Assembly (NCBI GenBank): GCA_964057225.1 | Contig: OZ059894.1 | Span: 4,402,001 to 4,466,000, forward strand | DNA length: 64,000 nt | Reading direction: 5' to 3' | Origin: Auanema rhodensis | Taxonomy: Eukaryota; Animalia; Nematoda | In this document: positions 49,801-63,789 of the stretch, in pieces | Position numbering within the stretch: position 1 is the stretch's first letter | How the letters are laid out: the number at the start of each line of letters is the position of its first letter | Notes under the pieces: generated by a model | What the model was told of the DNA's origin: nothing | Seen by the model: only the letters and a program-made list of their open reading frames with translations | Database searches by the model: none | Made by a program: the position numbers and the translations under genes

Positions 49801-52800
49801 GTTTAGTGCATTCGATGCGGATTTTTAAGCTGCGTCGATCTGTGTTATCAGATTTGCGCTAGCTTAAAAATGCACCGAGATATCAACTGATATAAGTTCA
49901 CACTTATATCCTCGATTTTCACCCTGAAGGAATAATTTTTTCGTTGAATAACATTGTCCATCGTCTTTGCCTTGAAAAATGGAATCTAAAAACATCTACT
50001 TTTTGCTAAATTATTTTGAAATTTTTCGAAAAAATTTTTGTCAAAATGTTTTTGGAAGCAATGTTGAGTGTACATGGAAACTCAACATACACTAATGCAT
50101 CATTTTTCAAACGATCATAACTAATTTTTGTATCAAGCGTTTCTCAATGTAGTTTAGTGCATTCGATGCGGATTTTTAAGCTGCGTCGATCTGTGTTATC
50201 AGATGTGCGCTAGCTTAAAAATGCACCGAGATATCAACTGATATAAGTTCACACTTATATCCTCGATTTTCACCCTGAAGGAATAATTTTTTCGTTGAAT
50301 AACATTGTCCATCGTCTTTGCCATGAAAAAAGGAATCTAAAAACATCTACTTTTCGCTAAATTATTTTGAAATTTTTCGAAAAAATTTTTGTCAAAATGT
50401 TTTTGGAAGCAATGTTGAGTGTACATGGAAACTCAACATACACTAATGCATCATTTTTCAAACGATCATAACTAATTTTTGTATTAAGCGTTTCTCAATG
50501 TAGTATAGTGCATTCGATGCGGATTTTTAAGCTGCGTCGATCTGTGTTATCAGATTTGCGCTAGCTTAAAAATGCACCGAGATATCAACTGATATAAGTT
50601 CACACTTATATCCTCGATTTTCACCCTGAAGGAATAATTTTTTTTGTTGAATAACATTGTCCATCGTCTTTGCCTTGAAAAATGGAATCTAAAAACATCT
50701 ACTTTTTGCTAAATTATTTTGAAATTTTTCGAAAAAATTTTTGTCAAAATGTTTTTGGAAGCAATGTTGAGTGTACATGGAAACTCAACATACACTAATG
50801 CATCATTTTTCAAACGATCATAACTAATTTTTGTATCAAGCGTTTCTCAATGTAGTTTAGTGCATTCGATGCGGATTTTTAAGCTGCGTCGATCTGTGTT
50901 ATCAGATGTGCGCTAGCTTAAAAATGCACCGAGATATCAACTGATATAAGTTCACACTTATATCCTCGATTTTCACCCTGAAGGAATAATTTTTTCGTTG
51001 AATAACATTGTCCATCGTCTTTGCCTTGAAAAATGGAATCTAAAAACATCTACTTTTTGCTAAATTATTTTGAAATTTTTCGAAAAAATTTTTGTCAAAA
51101 TGTTTTTGGAAGCAATGTTGAGTGTACATGGAAACTCAACATACACTAATGCATCATTTTTCAAACGATCATAACTAATTTTTGTATCAAGCGTTTCTCA
51201 ATGTAGTTTAGTGCATTCGATGCGGATTTTTAAGCTGCGTCGATCTGTGTTATCAGATTTGCGCTAGCTTAAAAATGCACCGAGATATCAACTGATATAA
51301 GTTCACACTTATATCCTCGATTTTCACCCTGAAGGAATAATTTTTTCGTTGAATAACATTGTCCATCGTCTTTGCCTTGAAAAATGAAATCTAAAAACAT
51401 CTACTTTTTGCTAAATTATTTTGAAATTTTTCGAAAAAATTTTTGTCAAAATGTTTTTGGAAGCAATGTTGAGTGTACATGGAAACTCAACATACACTAA
51501 TGCATCATTTTTCAAACGATCATAACTAATTTTTGTATCAAGCGTTTCTCAATGTAGTTTAGTGCATTCGATGCGGAATTTTAAGCTGCGTCGATCTGTG
51601 TTATCAGATGTGCGCTAGCTTAAAAATGCACCGAGATATCAACTGATATAAGTTCACACTTATATCCTCGATTTTCACCCTGAAGGAATAATTTTTTTTG
51701 TTGAATAACATTGTCCATCGTCTTTGCCTTGAAAAATGGAATCTAAAAACATCTACTTTTTGCTAAATTATTTTGAAATTTTTCGAAAAAATTTTTGTCA
51801 AAATGTTTTTGGAAGCAATGTTGAGTGTACATGGAAACTCAACATACACTAATGCATCATTTTTCAAACGATCATAACTAATTTTTGTATCAAGCGTTTC
51901 TCAATGTAGTTTAGTGCATTCGATGCGGATTTTTAAGCTGCGTCGATCTGTGTTATCAGATGTGCGCTAGCTTAAAAATGCACCGAGATATCAACTGATA
52001 TAAGTTCACACTTATATCCTCGATTTTCACCCTGAAGGAATAATTTTTTCGTTGAATAACATTGTCCATCGTCTTTGCCTTGAAAAATGGAATCTAAAAA
52101 CATCTACTTTTTGCTAAATTATTTTGAAATTTTTCGAAAAAATTTTTGTCAAAATGTTTTTGGAAGCAATGTTGAGTGTACATGGAAACTCAACATACAC
52201 TAATGCATCATTTTTCAAACGATCATAACTAATTTTTGTATCAAGCGTTTCTCAATGTAGTTTAGTGCATTCGATGCGGATTTTTAAGCTGCGTCGATCT
52301 GTGTTATCAGATTTGCGCTAGCTTAAAAATGCACCGAGATATCAACTGATATAAGTTCACACTTATATCCTCGATTTTCACCCTGAAGGAATAATTTTTT
52401 CGTTGAATAACATTGTCCATCGTCTTTGCCTTGAAAAATGAAATCTAAAAACATCTACTTTTTGCTAAATTATTTTGAAATTTTTCGAAAAAATTTTTGT
52501 CAAAATGTTTTTGGAAGCAATGTTGAGTGTACATGGAAACTCAACATACACTAATGCATCATTTTTCAAACGATCATAACTAATTTTTGTATCAAGCGTT
52601 TCTCAATGTAGTTTAGTGCATTCGATGCGGAATTTTAAGCTGCGTCGATCTGTGTTATCAGATGTGCGCTAGCTTAAAAATGCACCGAGATATCAACTGA
52701 TATAAGTTCACACTTATATCCTCGATTTTCACCCTGAAGGAATAATTTTTTCGTTGAATAACATTGTCCATCGTCTTTGCCATGAAAAAAGGAATCTAAA

Positions 52801-55800
52801 AACATCTACTTTTCGCTAAATTATTTTGAAATTTTTCGAAAAAATTTTTGTCAAAATGTTTTTGGAAGCAATGTTGAGTGTACATGGAAACTCAACATAC
52901 ACTAATGCATCATTTTTCAAACGATCATAACTAATTTTTGTATTAAGCGTTTCTCAATGTAGTATAGTGCATTCGATGCGGATTTTTAAGCTGCGTCGAT
53001 CTTTGTTATCAGATTTGCGCTAGCTTAAAAATGCACCGAGATATCAACTGATATAAGTTCACACTTATATCCTCGATTTTCACCCTGAAGGAATAATTTT
53101 TTTTGTTGAATAACATTGTCCATCGTCTTTGCCTTGAAAAATGGAATCTAAAAACATCTACTTTTTGCTAAATTATTTTGAAATTTTTCGAAAAAATTTT
53201 TGTCAAAATGTTTTTGGAAGCAATGTTGAGTGTACATGGAAACTCAACATACACTAATGCATCATTTTTCAAACGATCATAACTAATTTTTGTATCAAGC
53301 GTTTCTCAATGTAGTTTAGTGCATTCGATGCGGATTTTTAAGCTGCGTCGATCTGTGTTATCAGATGTGCGCTAGCTTAAAAATGCACCGAGATATCAAC
53401 TGATATAAGTTCACACTTATATCCTCGATTTTCACCCTGAAGGAATAATTTTTTCGTTGAATAACATTGTCCATCGTCTTTGCCTTGAAAAATGAAATCT
53501 AAAAACATCTACTTTTTGCTAAATTATTTTGAAATTTTTCGAAAAAATTTTTGTCAAAATGTTTTTGGAAGCAATGTTGAGTGTACATGGAAACTCAACA
53601 TACACTAATGCATCATCTTTCAAACGATCATAACTATTTTTTGTATTAAGCGTTCTTCAATGTAGTATAGTGCATTCGATGCGGATTTTTAAGCTGCGTC
53701 GATCTGTGTTATCAGATTTGCGCTAGCTTAAAAATGCACCGAGATATCAACTGATATAAGTTCACACTTATATCCTCGATTTTCACCCTGAAGGAATAAT
53801 TTTTTCGTTGAATAACATTGTCCATCGTCTTTGCCTTGAAAAATGGAATCTAAAAACATCTACTTTTTGCTAAATTATTTTGAAATTTTTCGAAAAAATT
53901 TTTGTCAAAATGTTTTTGGAAGCAATGTTGAGTGTACATGGAAACTCAACATACACTAATGCATCATTTTTCAAACGATCATAACTAATTTTTGTATTAA
54001 GCGTTTCTCAATGTAGTATAGTGCATTCGATGCGGATTTTTAAGCTGCGTCGATCTGTGTTATCAGATTTGCGCTAGCTTAAAAATGCACCGAGATATCA
54101 ACTGATATAAGTTCACACTTATATCCTCGATTTTCACCCTGAAGGAATAATTTTTTTTGTTGAATAACATTGTCCATCGTCTTTGCCTTGAAAAATGGAA
54201 TCTAAAAACATCTACTTTTTGCTAAATTATTTTGAAATTTTTCGAAAAAATTTTTGTCAAAATGTTTTTGGAAGCAATGTTGAGTGTACATGGAAACTCA
54301 ACATACACTAATGCATCATTTTTCAAACGATCATAACTAATTTTTGTATCAAGCGTTTCTCAATGTAGTTTAGTGCATTCGATGCGGATTTTTAAGCTGC
54401 GTCGATCTGTGTTATCAGATGTGCGCTAGCTTAAAAATGCACCGAGATATCAACTGATATAAGTTCACACTTATATCCTCGATTTTCACCCTGAAGGAAT
54501 AATTTTTTCGTTGAATAACATTGTCCATCGTCTTTGCCTTGAAAAATGAAATCTAAAAACATTTACTTTTTGCTAAATTATTTTGAAATTTTTCGAAAAA
54601 ATTTTTGTCAAAATGTTTTTGGAAGCAATGTTGAGTGTACATGGAAACTCAACATACACTAATGCATCATTTTTCAAACGATCATAACTAACTTTGTATT
54701 AAGCGTTCTTCAATGTAGTATAGTGCATTCGATGCGGATTTTTAAGCTGCGTCGATCTGTGTTATCAGATTTGCGCTAGCTTAAAAATGCACCGAGATAT
54801 CAACTGATATAAGTTCACACTTATATCCTCGATTTTCACCCTGAAGGAATAATTTTTTCGTTGAATAACATTGTCCATCGTCTTTGCCTTGAAAAATGGA
54901 ATCTAAAAACATCTACTTTTTGCTAAATTATTTTGAAATTTTTCGAAAAAATTTTTGTCAAAATGTTTTTGGAAGCAATGTTGAGTGTACATGGAAACTC
55001 AACATACACTAATGCATCATTTTTCAAACGATCATAACTAATTTTTGTATCAAGCGTTTCTCAATGTAGTTTAGTGCATTCGATGCGGATTTTTAAGCTG
55101 CGTCGATCTGTGTTATCAGATTTGCGCTAGCTTAAAAATGCACCGAGATATCAACTGATATAAGTTCACACTTATATCCTCGATTTTCACCCTGAAGGAA
55201 TGATTTTTTCGTTGAATAACATTGTCCATCGTCTTTGCCATGAAAAAAGGAATCTAAAAACATCTACTTTTTGCTAAATTATTTTGAAATTTTTCGAAAA
55301 AATTTTTGTCAAAATGTTTTTGGAAGCATTGTTGAGTGTACATGGAAACTCAACATACACTAATGCATCATTTTTCAAACGATCATAACTAATTTTTGTA
55401 TTAAGCGTTTCTCAATGTAGTATAGTGCATTCGATGCGGATTTTTAAGCTGCGTCGATCTGTGTTATCAGATTTGCGCTAGCTTAAAAATGCACCGAGAT
55501 ATCAACTGATATAAGTTCACACTTATATCCTCGATTTTCACCCTGAAGGAATAATTTTTTCGTTGAATAACATTGTCCATCGTCTTTGCCTTGAAAAATG
55601 GAATCTAAAAACATCTACTTTTTGCTAAATTATTTTGAAATTTTTCGAAAAAATTTTTGTCAAAATGTTTTTGGAAGCAATGTTGAGTGTACATGGAAAC
55701 TCAACATACACTAATGCATCATTTTTCAAACGATCATAACTAATTTTTGTATCAAGCGTTTCTCAATGTAGTTTAGTGCATTCGATGCGGATTTTTAAGC

Positions 55801-58800
55801 TGCGTCGATCTGTGTTATCAGATTTGCGCTAGCTTAAAAATGCACCGAGATATCAACTGATATAAGTTCACACTTATATCCTCGATTTTCATCCTGAAGA
55901 ATTAATTTTTTCGTTGAATAACATTGTCCATCGTCTTTGCCATGAAAAAAGGAATCTAAAAACATCTACTTTTCGCTAAATTATTTTGAAATTTTTCGAA
56001 AAAATTTTTGTCTAAATGTTTTTGGAAGCAATGTTGAGTGTACATGGAAACTCAACATACACTAATGCATCATTTTTCAAACGATCATAACTAATTTTTG
56101 TATCAAGCGTTTCTCAATGTAGTTTAGTGCGTTCGATGCGGATTTTTAAGCTGCGTCGATCTGTGTTATCAGATTTGCGCTAGCTTAAAAATGCACCGAG
56201 ATATCAACTGATATAAGTTCACACTTATATCCTCGATTTTCACCCTGAAGGAATAATTTTTTCGTTGAATAACATTGTCCATCGTCTTTGCCTTGAAAAA
56301 TGGAATCTAAAAACATCTACTTTTTGCTAAATTATTTTGAAATTTTTCGAAAAAATTTTTGTCAAAATGTTTTTGGAAGCAATGTTGAGTGTACATGGAA
56401 ACTCAACATACACTAATGCATCATTTTTCAAACGATCATAACTAATTTTTGTATCAAGCGTTTCTCAATGTAGTTTAGTGCATTCGATGCGGATTTTTAA
56501 GCTGCGTCGATCTGTGTTATCAGATTTGCGCTAGCTTAAAAATGCACCGAGATATCAACTGATATAAGTTCACACTTATATCCTCGATTTTCACCCTGAA
56601 GGAATGATTTTTTCGTTGAATAACATTGTCCATCGTCTTTGCCATGAAAAAAGGAATCTAAAAACATCTACTTTTTGCTAAATTATTTTGAAATTTTTCG
56701 AAAAAATTTTTGTCAAAATGTTTTTGGAAGCATTGTTGAGTGTACATGGAAACTCAACATACACTAATGCATCATTTTTCAAACGATCATAACTAATTTT
56801 TGTATTAAGCGTTTCTCAATGTAGTTTAGTGCATTCGATGCGGATTTTTAAGCTGCGTCGATCTGTGTTATCAGATTTGCGCTAGCTTAAAAATGCACCG
56901 AGATATCAACTGATATAAGTTCACACTTATATCCTCGATTTTCACCCTGAAGGAATAATTTTTTCGTTGAATAACATTGTCCATCGTCTTTGCCTTGAAA
57001 AATGGAATCTAAAAACATCTACTTTTTGCTAAATTATTTTGAAATTTTTCGAAAAAATTTTTGTCAAAATGTTTTTGGAAGCAATGTTGAGTGTACATGG
57101 AAACTCAACATACACTAATGCATCATTTTTCAAACGATCATAACTAATTTTTGTATCAAGCGTTTCTCAATGTAGTTTAGTGCATTCGATGCGGATTTTT
57201 AAGCTGCGTCGATCTGTGTTATCAGATTTGCGCTAGCTTAAAAATGCACCGAGATATCAACTGATATAAGTTCACACTTATATCCTCGATTTTCACCCTG
57301 AAGGAATAATTTTTTCGTTGAATAACATTGTCCATCGTCTTTGCCATGAAAAAAGGAATCTAAAAACATCTACTTTTTGCTAAATTATTTTGAAATTTTT
57401 CGAAAAAATTTTTGTCAAAATGTTTTTGGAAGCATTGTTGAGTGTACATGGAAACTCAACATACACTAATGCATCATTTTTCAAACGATCATAACTAATT
57501 TTTGTATTAAGCGTTTCTCAATGTAGTATAGTGCATTCGATGCGGATTTTTAAGCTGCGTCGATCTGTGTTATCAGATTTGCGCTAGCTTAAAAATGCAC
57601 CGAGATATCAACTGATATAAGTTCACACTTATATCCTCGATTTTCACCCTGAAGGAATAATTTTTTCGTTGAATAACATTGTCCATCGTCTTTGCCTTGA
57701 AAAATGGAATCTAAAAACATCTACTTTTTGCTAAATTATTTTGAAATTTTTCGAAAAAATTTTTGTCAAAATGTTTTTGGAAGCAATGTTGAGTGTACAT
57801 GGAAACTCAACATACACTAATGCATCATTTTTCAAACGATCATAACTAATTTTTGTATCAAGCGTTTCTCAATGTAGTTTAGTGCATTCGATGCGGATTT
57901 TTAAGCTGCGTCGATCTGTGTTATCAGATGTGCGCTAGCTTAAAAATGCACCGAGATATCAACTGATATAAGTTCACACTTATATCCTCGATTTTCACCC
58001 TGAAGGAATGATTTTTTCGTTGAATAACATTGTCCATCGTCTTTGCCATGAAAAAAGGAATCTAAAAACATCTACTTTTTGCTAAATTATTTTGAAATTT
58101 TTCGAAAAAATTTTTGTCAAAATGTTTTTGGAAGCATTGTTGAGTGTACATGGAAACTCAACATACACTAATGCATCATTTTTCAAACGATCATAACTAA
58201 TTTTTGTATCAAGCGTTTCTCAATGTAGTTTAGTGCATTCGATGCGGATTTTTAAGCTGCGTCGATCTGTGTTATCAGATGTGCGCTAGCTTAAAAATGC
58301 ACCGAGATATCAACTGATATAAGTTCACACTTATATCCTCGATTTTCACCCTGAAGGAATGATTTTTTCGTTGAATAACATTGTCCATCGTCTTTGCCAT
58401 GAAAAAAGGAATCTAAAAACATCTACTTTTTGCTAAATTATTTTGAAATTTTTCGAAAAAATTTTTGTCAAAATGTTTTTGGAAGCATTGTTGAGTGTAC
58501 ATGGAAACTCAACATACACTAATGCATCATTTTTCAAACGATCATAACTAATTTTTGTATTAAGCGTTTCTCAATGTAGTATAGTGCATTCGATGCGGAT
58601 TTTTAATCTGCGTCGATCTGTGTTATCAGATTTGCGCTAGCTTAAAAATGCACCGAGATATCAACTGATATAAGTTCACACTTATATCCTCGATTTTCAC
58701 CCTGAAGGAATAATTTTTTCGTTGAATAACATTGTCCATCGTCTTTGCCTTGAAAAATGGAATCTAAAAACATCTACTTTTTGCTAAATTATTTTGAAAT

Positions 58801-59996
58801 TTTTCGAAAAAATTTTTGTCAAAATGTTTTTGGAAGCAATGTTGAGTGTACATGGAAACTCAACATACACTAATGCATCATTTTTCAAACGATCATAACT
58901 AATTTTTGTATCAAGCGTTTCTCAATGTAGTTTAGTGCATTCGATGCGGATTTTTAAGCTGCGTCGATCTGTGTTATCAGATGTGCGCTAGCTTAAAAAT
59001 GCACCGAGATATCAACTGATATAAGTTCACACTTATATCCTCGATTTTCACCCTGAAGGAATAATTTTTTCGTTGAATAACATTGTCCATCGTCTTTGCC
59101 ATGAAAAAAGGAATCTAAAAACATCTACTTTTCGCTAAATTATTTTGAAATTTTTCGAAAAAATTTTTGTCAAAATGTTTTTGGAAGCAATGTTGAGTGT
59201 ACATGGAAACTCAACATACACTAATGCATCATTTTTCAAACGATCATAACTAATTTTTGTATCAAGCGTTTCTCAATGTAGTTTAGTGCATTCGATGCGG
59301 ATTTTTAAGCTGCGTCGATCTGTGTTATCAGATTTGCGCTAGCTTAAAAATGCACCGAGATATCAACTGATATAAGTTCACACTTATATCCTCGATTTTC
59401 ACCCTGAAGGAATGATTTTTTCGTTGAATAACATTGTCCATCGTCTTTGCCATGAAAAAAGGAATCTAAAAACATCTACTTTTTGCTAAATTATTTTGAA
59501 ATTTTTCGAAAAAATTTTTGTCAAAATGTTTTTGGAAGCATTGTTGAGTGTACATGGAAACTCAACATACACTAATGCATCATTTTTCAAACGATCATAA
59601 CTAATTTTTGTATTAAGCGTTTCTCAATGTAGTATAGTGCATTCGATGCGGATTTTTAAGCTGCGTCGATCTGTGTTATCAGATTTGCGCTAGCTTAAAA
59701 ATGCACCGAGATATCAACTGATATAAGTTCACACTTATATCCTCGATTTTCACCCTGAAGGAATAATTTTTTCGTTGAATAACATTGTCCATCGTCTTTG
59801 CCTTGAAAAATGGAATCTAAAAACATCTACTTTTTGCTAAATTATTTTTAAATTTTTCGAAAAAATTTTTGTCAAAATGTTTTTGGAAGCAATGTTGAGT
59901 GTACATGGAAACTCAACATACACTAATGCATCATTTTTCAAACGATCATAACTAATTTTTGTATCAAGCGTTTCTCAATGTAGTTTAGTGCATTCG

Positions 59997-62900
59997 ATGC
60001 GGATTTTTAAGCTGCGTCGATCTGTGTTATCAGATTTGCGCTAGCTTAAAAATGCACCGAGATATCAACTGATATAAGTTCACACTTCCTGAAGGAATGA
60101 TTTTTTCGTTGAATAACATTGTCCATCGTCTTTGCCATGAAAAAAGGAATCTAAAAACATCTACTTTTCGCTAAATTATTTTGAAATTTTTCGAAAAAAT
60201 TTTTGTCAAAATGTTTTTGGAAGCATTGTTGAGTGTACATGGAAACTCAACATACACTAATGCATCATTTTTCAAACGATCATAACTAATTTTTGTATCA
60301 AGCGTTTCTCAATGAAGTTTAGTGCATTCGATGCGGATTTTTAAGCTGCGTCGATCTGTGTTATCAGATTTGCGCTAGCTTAAAAATGCACCGAGATATC
60401 AACTGATATAAGTTCACACTTATATCCTCGATTTTCACCCTGAAGGAATAATTTTTTCGTTGAATAACATTGTCCATCGTCTTTGCCTTGAAAAATGGAA
60501 TCTAAAAACATCTACTTTTTGCTAAATTATTTTGAAATTTTTCGAAAAAATTTTTGTCAAAATGTTTTTGGAAGCAATGTTGAGTGTACATGGAAACTCA
60601 ACATACACTAATGCATCATTTTTCAAACGATCATAACTAATTTTTGTATCAAGCGTTTCTCAATGTAGTTTAGTGCATTCGATGCAAATTTTTAAGCTGC
60701 GTCGATCTGTGTTATCAGATTTGCGCTAGCTTAAAAATGCACCGAGATATCAACTGATATAAGTTCACACTTATATCCTCGATTTTCACCCTGAAGGAAT
60801 AATTTTTTCGTTGAATAACATTGTCCATCGTCTTTGCCTTGAAAAATGGAATCTAAAAACATCTACTTTTTGCTAAATTATTTTTAAATTTTTCGAAAAA
60901 ATTTTTGTCAAAATGTTTTTGGAAGCAATGTTGAGTGTACATGGAAACTCAACATACACTAATGCATCATTTTTCAAACGATCATAACTAATTTTTGTAT
61001 CAAGCGTTTCTCAATGTAGTTTAGTGCATTCGATGCGGATTTTTAAGCTGCGTCGATCTGTGTTATCCGATTTGCGCTAGCTTAAAAATGCACCGAGATA
61101 TCAACTGATATAAGTTCACACTTCCTGAAGGAATGATTTTTTCGTTGAATAACATTGTCCATCGTCTTTGCCATGAAAAAAGGAATCTAAAAACATCTAC
61201 TTTTCGCTAAATTATTTTGAAATTTTTCGAAAAAATTTTTGTCAAAATGTTTTTGGAAGCATTGTTGAGTGTACATGGAAACTCAACATACACTAATGCA
61301 TCATTTTTCAAACGATCATAACTAATTTTTGTATCAAGCGTTTCTCAATGTAGTTTAGTGCATTCGATGCGGATTTTTAAGCTGCGTCGATCTGTGTTAT
61401 CAGATTTGCGCTAGCTTAAAAATGCACCGAGATATCAACTGATATAAGTTCACACTTATATCCTCGATTTTCACCCTGAAGGAATAATTTTTTCGTTGAA
61501 TAACATTGTCCATCGTCTTTGCCTTGAAAAATGGAATCTAAAAACATCTACTTTTTGCTAAATTATTTTGAAATTTTTCGAAAAAATTTTTGTCAAAATG
61601 TTTTTGGAAGCAATGTTGAGTGTACATGGAAACTCAACATACACTAATGCATCATTTTTCAAACGATCATAACTAATTTTTGTATCAAGCGTTTCTCAAT
61701 GTAGTTTAGTGCATTCGATGCGGATTTTTAAGCTGCGTCGATCTGTGTTATCAGATTTGCGCTAGCTTAAAAATGCACCGAGATATCAACTGATATAAGT
61801 TCACACTTATATCCTCGATTTTCACCCTGAAGGAATGATTTTTTCGTTGAATAACATTGTCCATCGTCTTTGCCATGAAAAAAGGAATCTAAAAACATCT
61901 ACTTTTTGCTAAATTATTTTTAAATTTTTCGAAAAAATTTTTGTCAAAATGTTTTTGGAAGCAATGTTGAGTGTACATGGAAACTCAACATACACTAATG
62001 CATCATTTTTCAAACGATCATAACTAATTTTTGTATCAAGCGTTTCTCAATGTAGTTTAGTGCATTCGATGCGGATTTTTAAGCTGCGTCGATCTGTGTT
62101 ATCAGATTTGCGCTAGCTTAAAAATGCACCGAGATATCAACTGATATAAGTTCACACTTATATCCTCGATTTTCACCCTGAAGGAATAATTTTTTCGTTG
62201 AATAACATTGTCCATCGTCTTTGCCTTGAAAAATGGAATCTAAAAACATCTACTTTTTGCTAAATTATCTTTAAATTTTTCGAAAAAATTTTTGTCAAAA
62301 TGTTTTTGGAAGCAATGTTGAGTGTACATGGAAACTCAACATACACTAATGCATCATTTTTCAAACGATCATAACTAATTTTTGTATCAAGCGTTTCTCA
62401 ATGTAGTTTAGTGCATTCGATGCGGATTTTTAAGCTGCGTCGATCTGTGTTATCAGATTTGCGCTAGCTTAAAAATGCACCGAGATATCAACTGATATAA
62501 GTTCACACTTCCTGAAGGAATGATTTTTTCGTTGAATAACATTGTCCATCGTCTTTGCCATGAAAAAAGGAATCTAAAAACATCTACTTTTCGCTAAATT
62601 ATTTTGAAATTTTTCGAAAAAATTTTTGTCAAAATGTTTTTGGAAGCATTGTTGAGTGTACATGGAAACTCAACATACACTAATGCATCATTTTTCAAAC
62701 GATCATAACTAATTTTTGTATCAAGCGTTTCTCAATGTAGTTTAGTGCATTCGATGCGGATTTTTAAGCTGCGTCGATCTGTGTTATCAGATTTGCGCTA
62801 GCTTAAAAATGCACCGAGATATCAACTGATATAAGTTCACACTTATATCCTCGATTTTCACCCTGAAGGAATAATTTTTTCGTTGAATAACATTGTCCAT

Positions 62901-63789
62901 CGTCTTTGCCTTGAAAAATGGAATCTAAAAACATCTACTTTTTGCTAAATTATTTTGAAATTTTTCGAAAAAATTTTTGTCAAAATGTTTTTGGAAGCAA
63001 TGTTGAGTGTACATGGAAACTCAACATACACTAATGCATCATTTTTCAAACGATCATAACTAATTTTTGTATCAAGCGTTTCTCAATGTAGTTTAGTGCA
63101 TTCGATGCGGATTTTTAAGCTGCGTCGATCTGTGTTATCAGATTTGCGCTAGCTTAAAAATGCACCGAGATATCAACTGATATAAGTTCACACTTATATC
63201 CTCGATTTTCACCCTGAAGGAATAATTTTTTCGTTGAATAACATTGTCCATCGTCTTTGCCTTGAAAAATGGAATCTAAAAACATCTACTTTTTGCTAAA
63301 TTATTTTGAAATTTTTCGAAAAAATTTTTGTCAAAATGTTTTTGGAAGCAATGTTGAGTGTACATGGAAACTCAACATACACTAATGCATCATTTTTCAA
63401 ACGATCATAACTAATTTTTGTATCAAGCGTTTCTCAATGTAGTTTAGTGCATTCGATGCGGATTTTTAAGCTGCGTCGATCTGTGTTATCCGATTTGCGC
63501 TAGCTTAAAAATGCACCGAGATATCAACTGATATAAGTTCACACTTCCTGAAGGAATGATTTTTTCGTTGAATAACATTGTCCATCGTCTTTGCCATGAA
63601 AAAAGGAATCTAAAAACATCTACTTTTCGCTAAATTATTTTGAAATTTTTCGAAAAAATTTTTGTCAAAATGTTTTTGGAAGCATTGTTGAGTGTACATG
63701 GAAACTCAACATACACTAATGCATCATTTTTCAAACGATCATAACTAATTTTTGTATCAAGCGTTTCTCAATGTAGTTTAGTGCATTCG
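59997..63789. repeat. Sub-array containing four 334-bp monomers that share a 17-bp deletion (M172, M175, M179, M182)
   Basis: The junction cacactt|cctgaagg, lacking atatcctcgattttcac, lies after 60087, 61123, 62510 and 63546. Confidence 0.95.
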
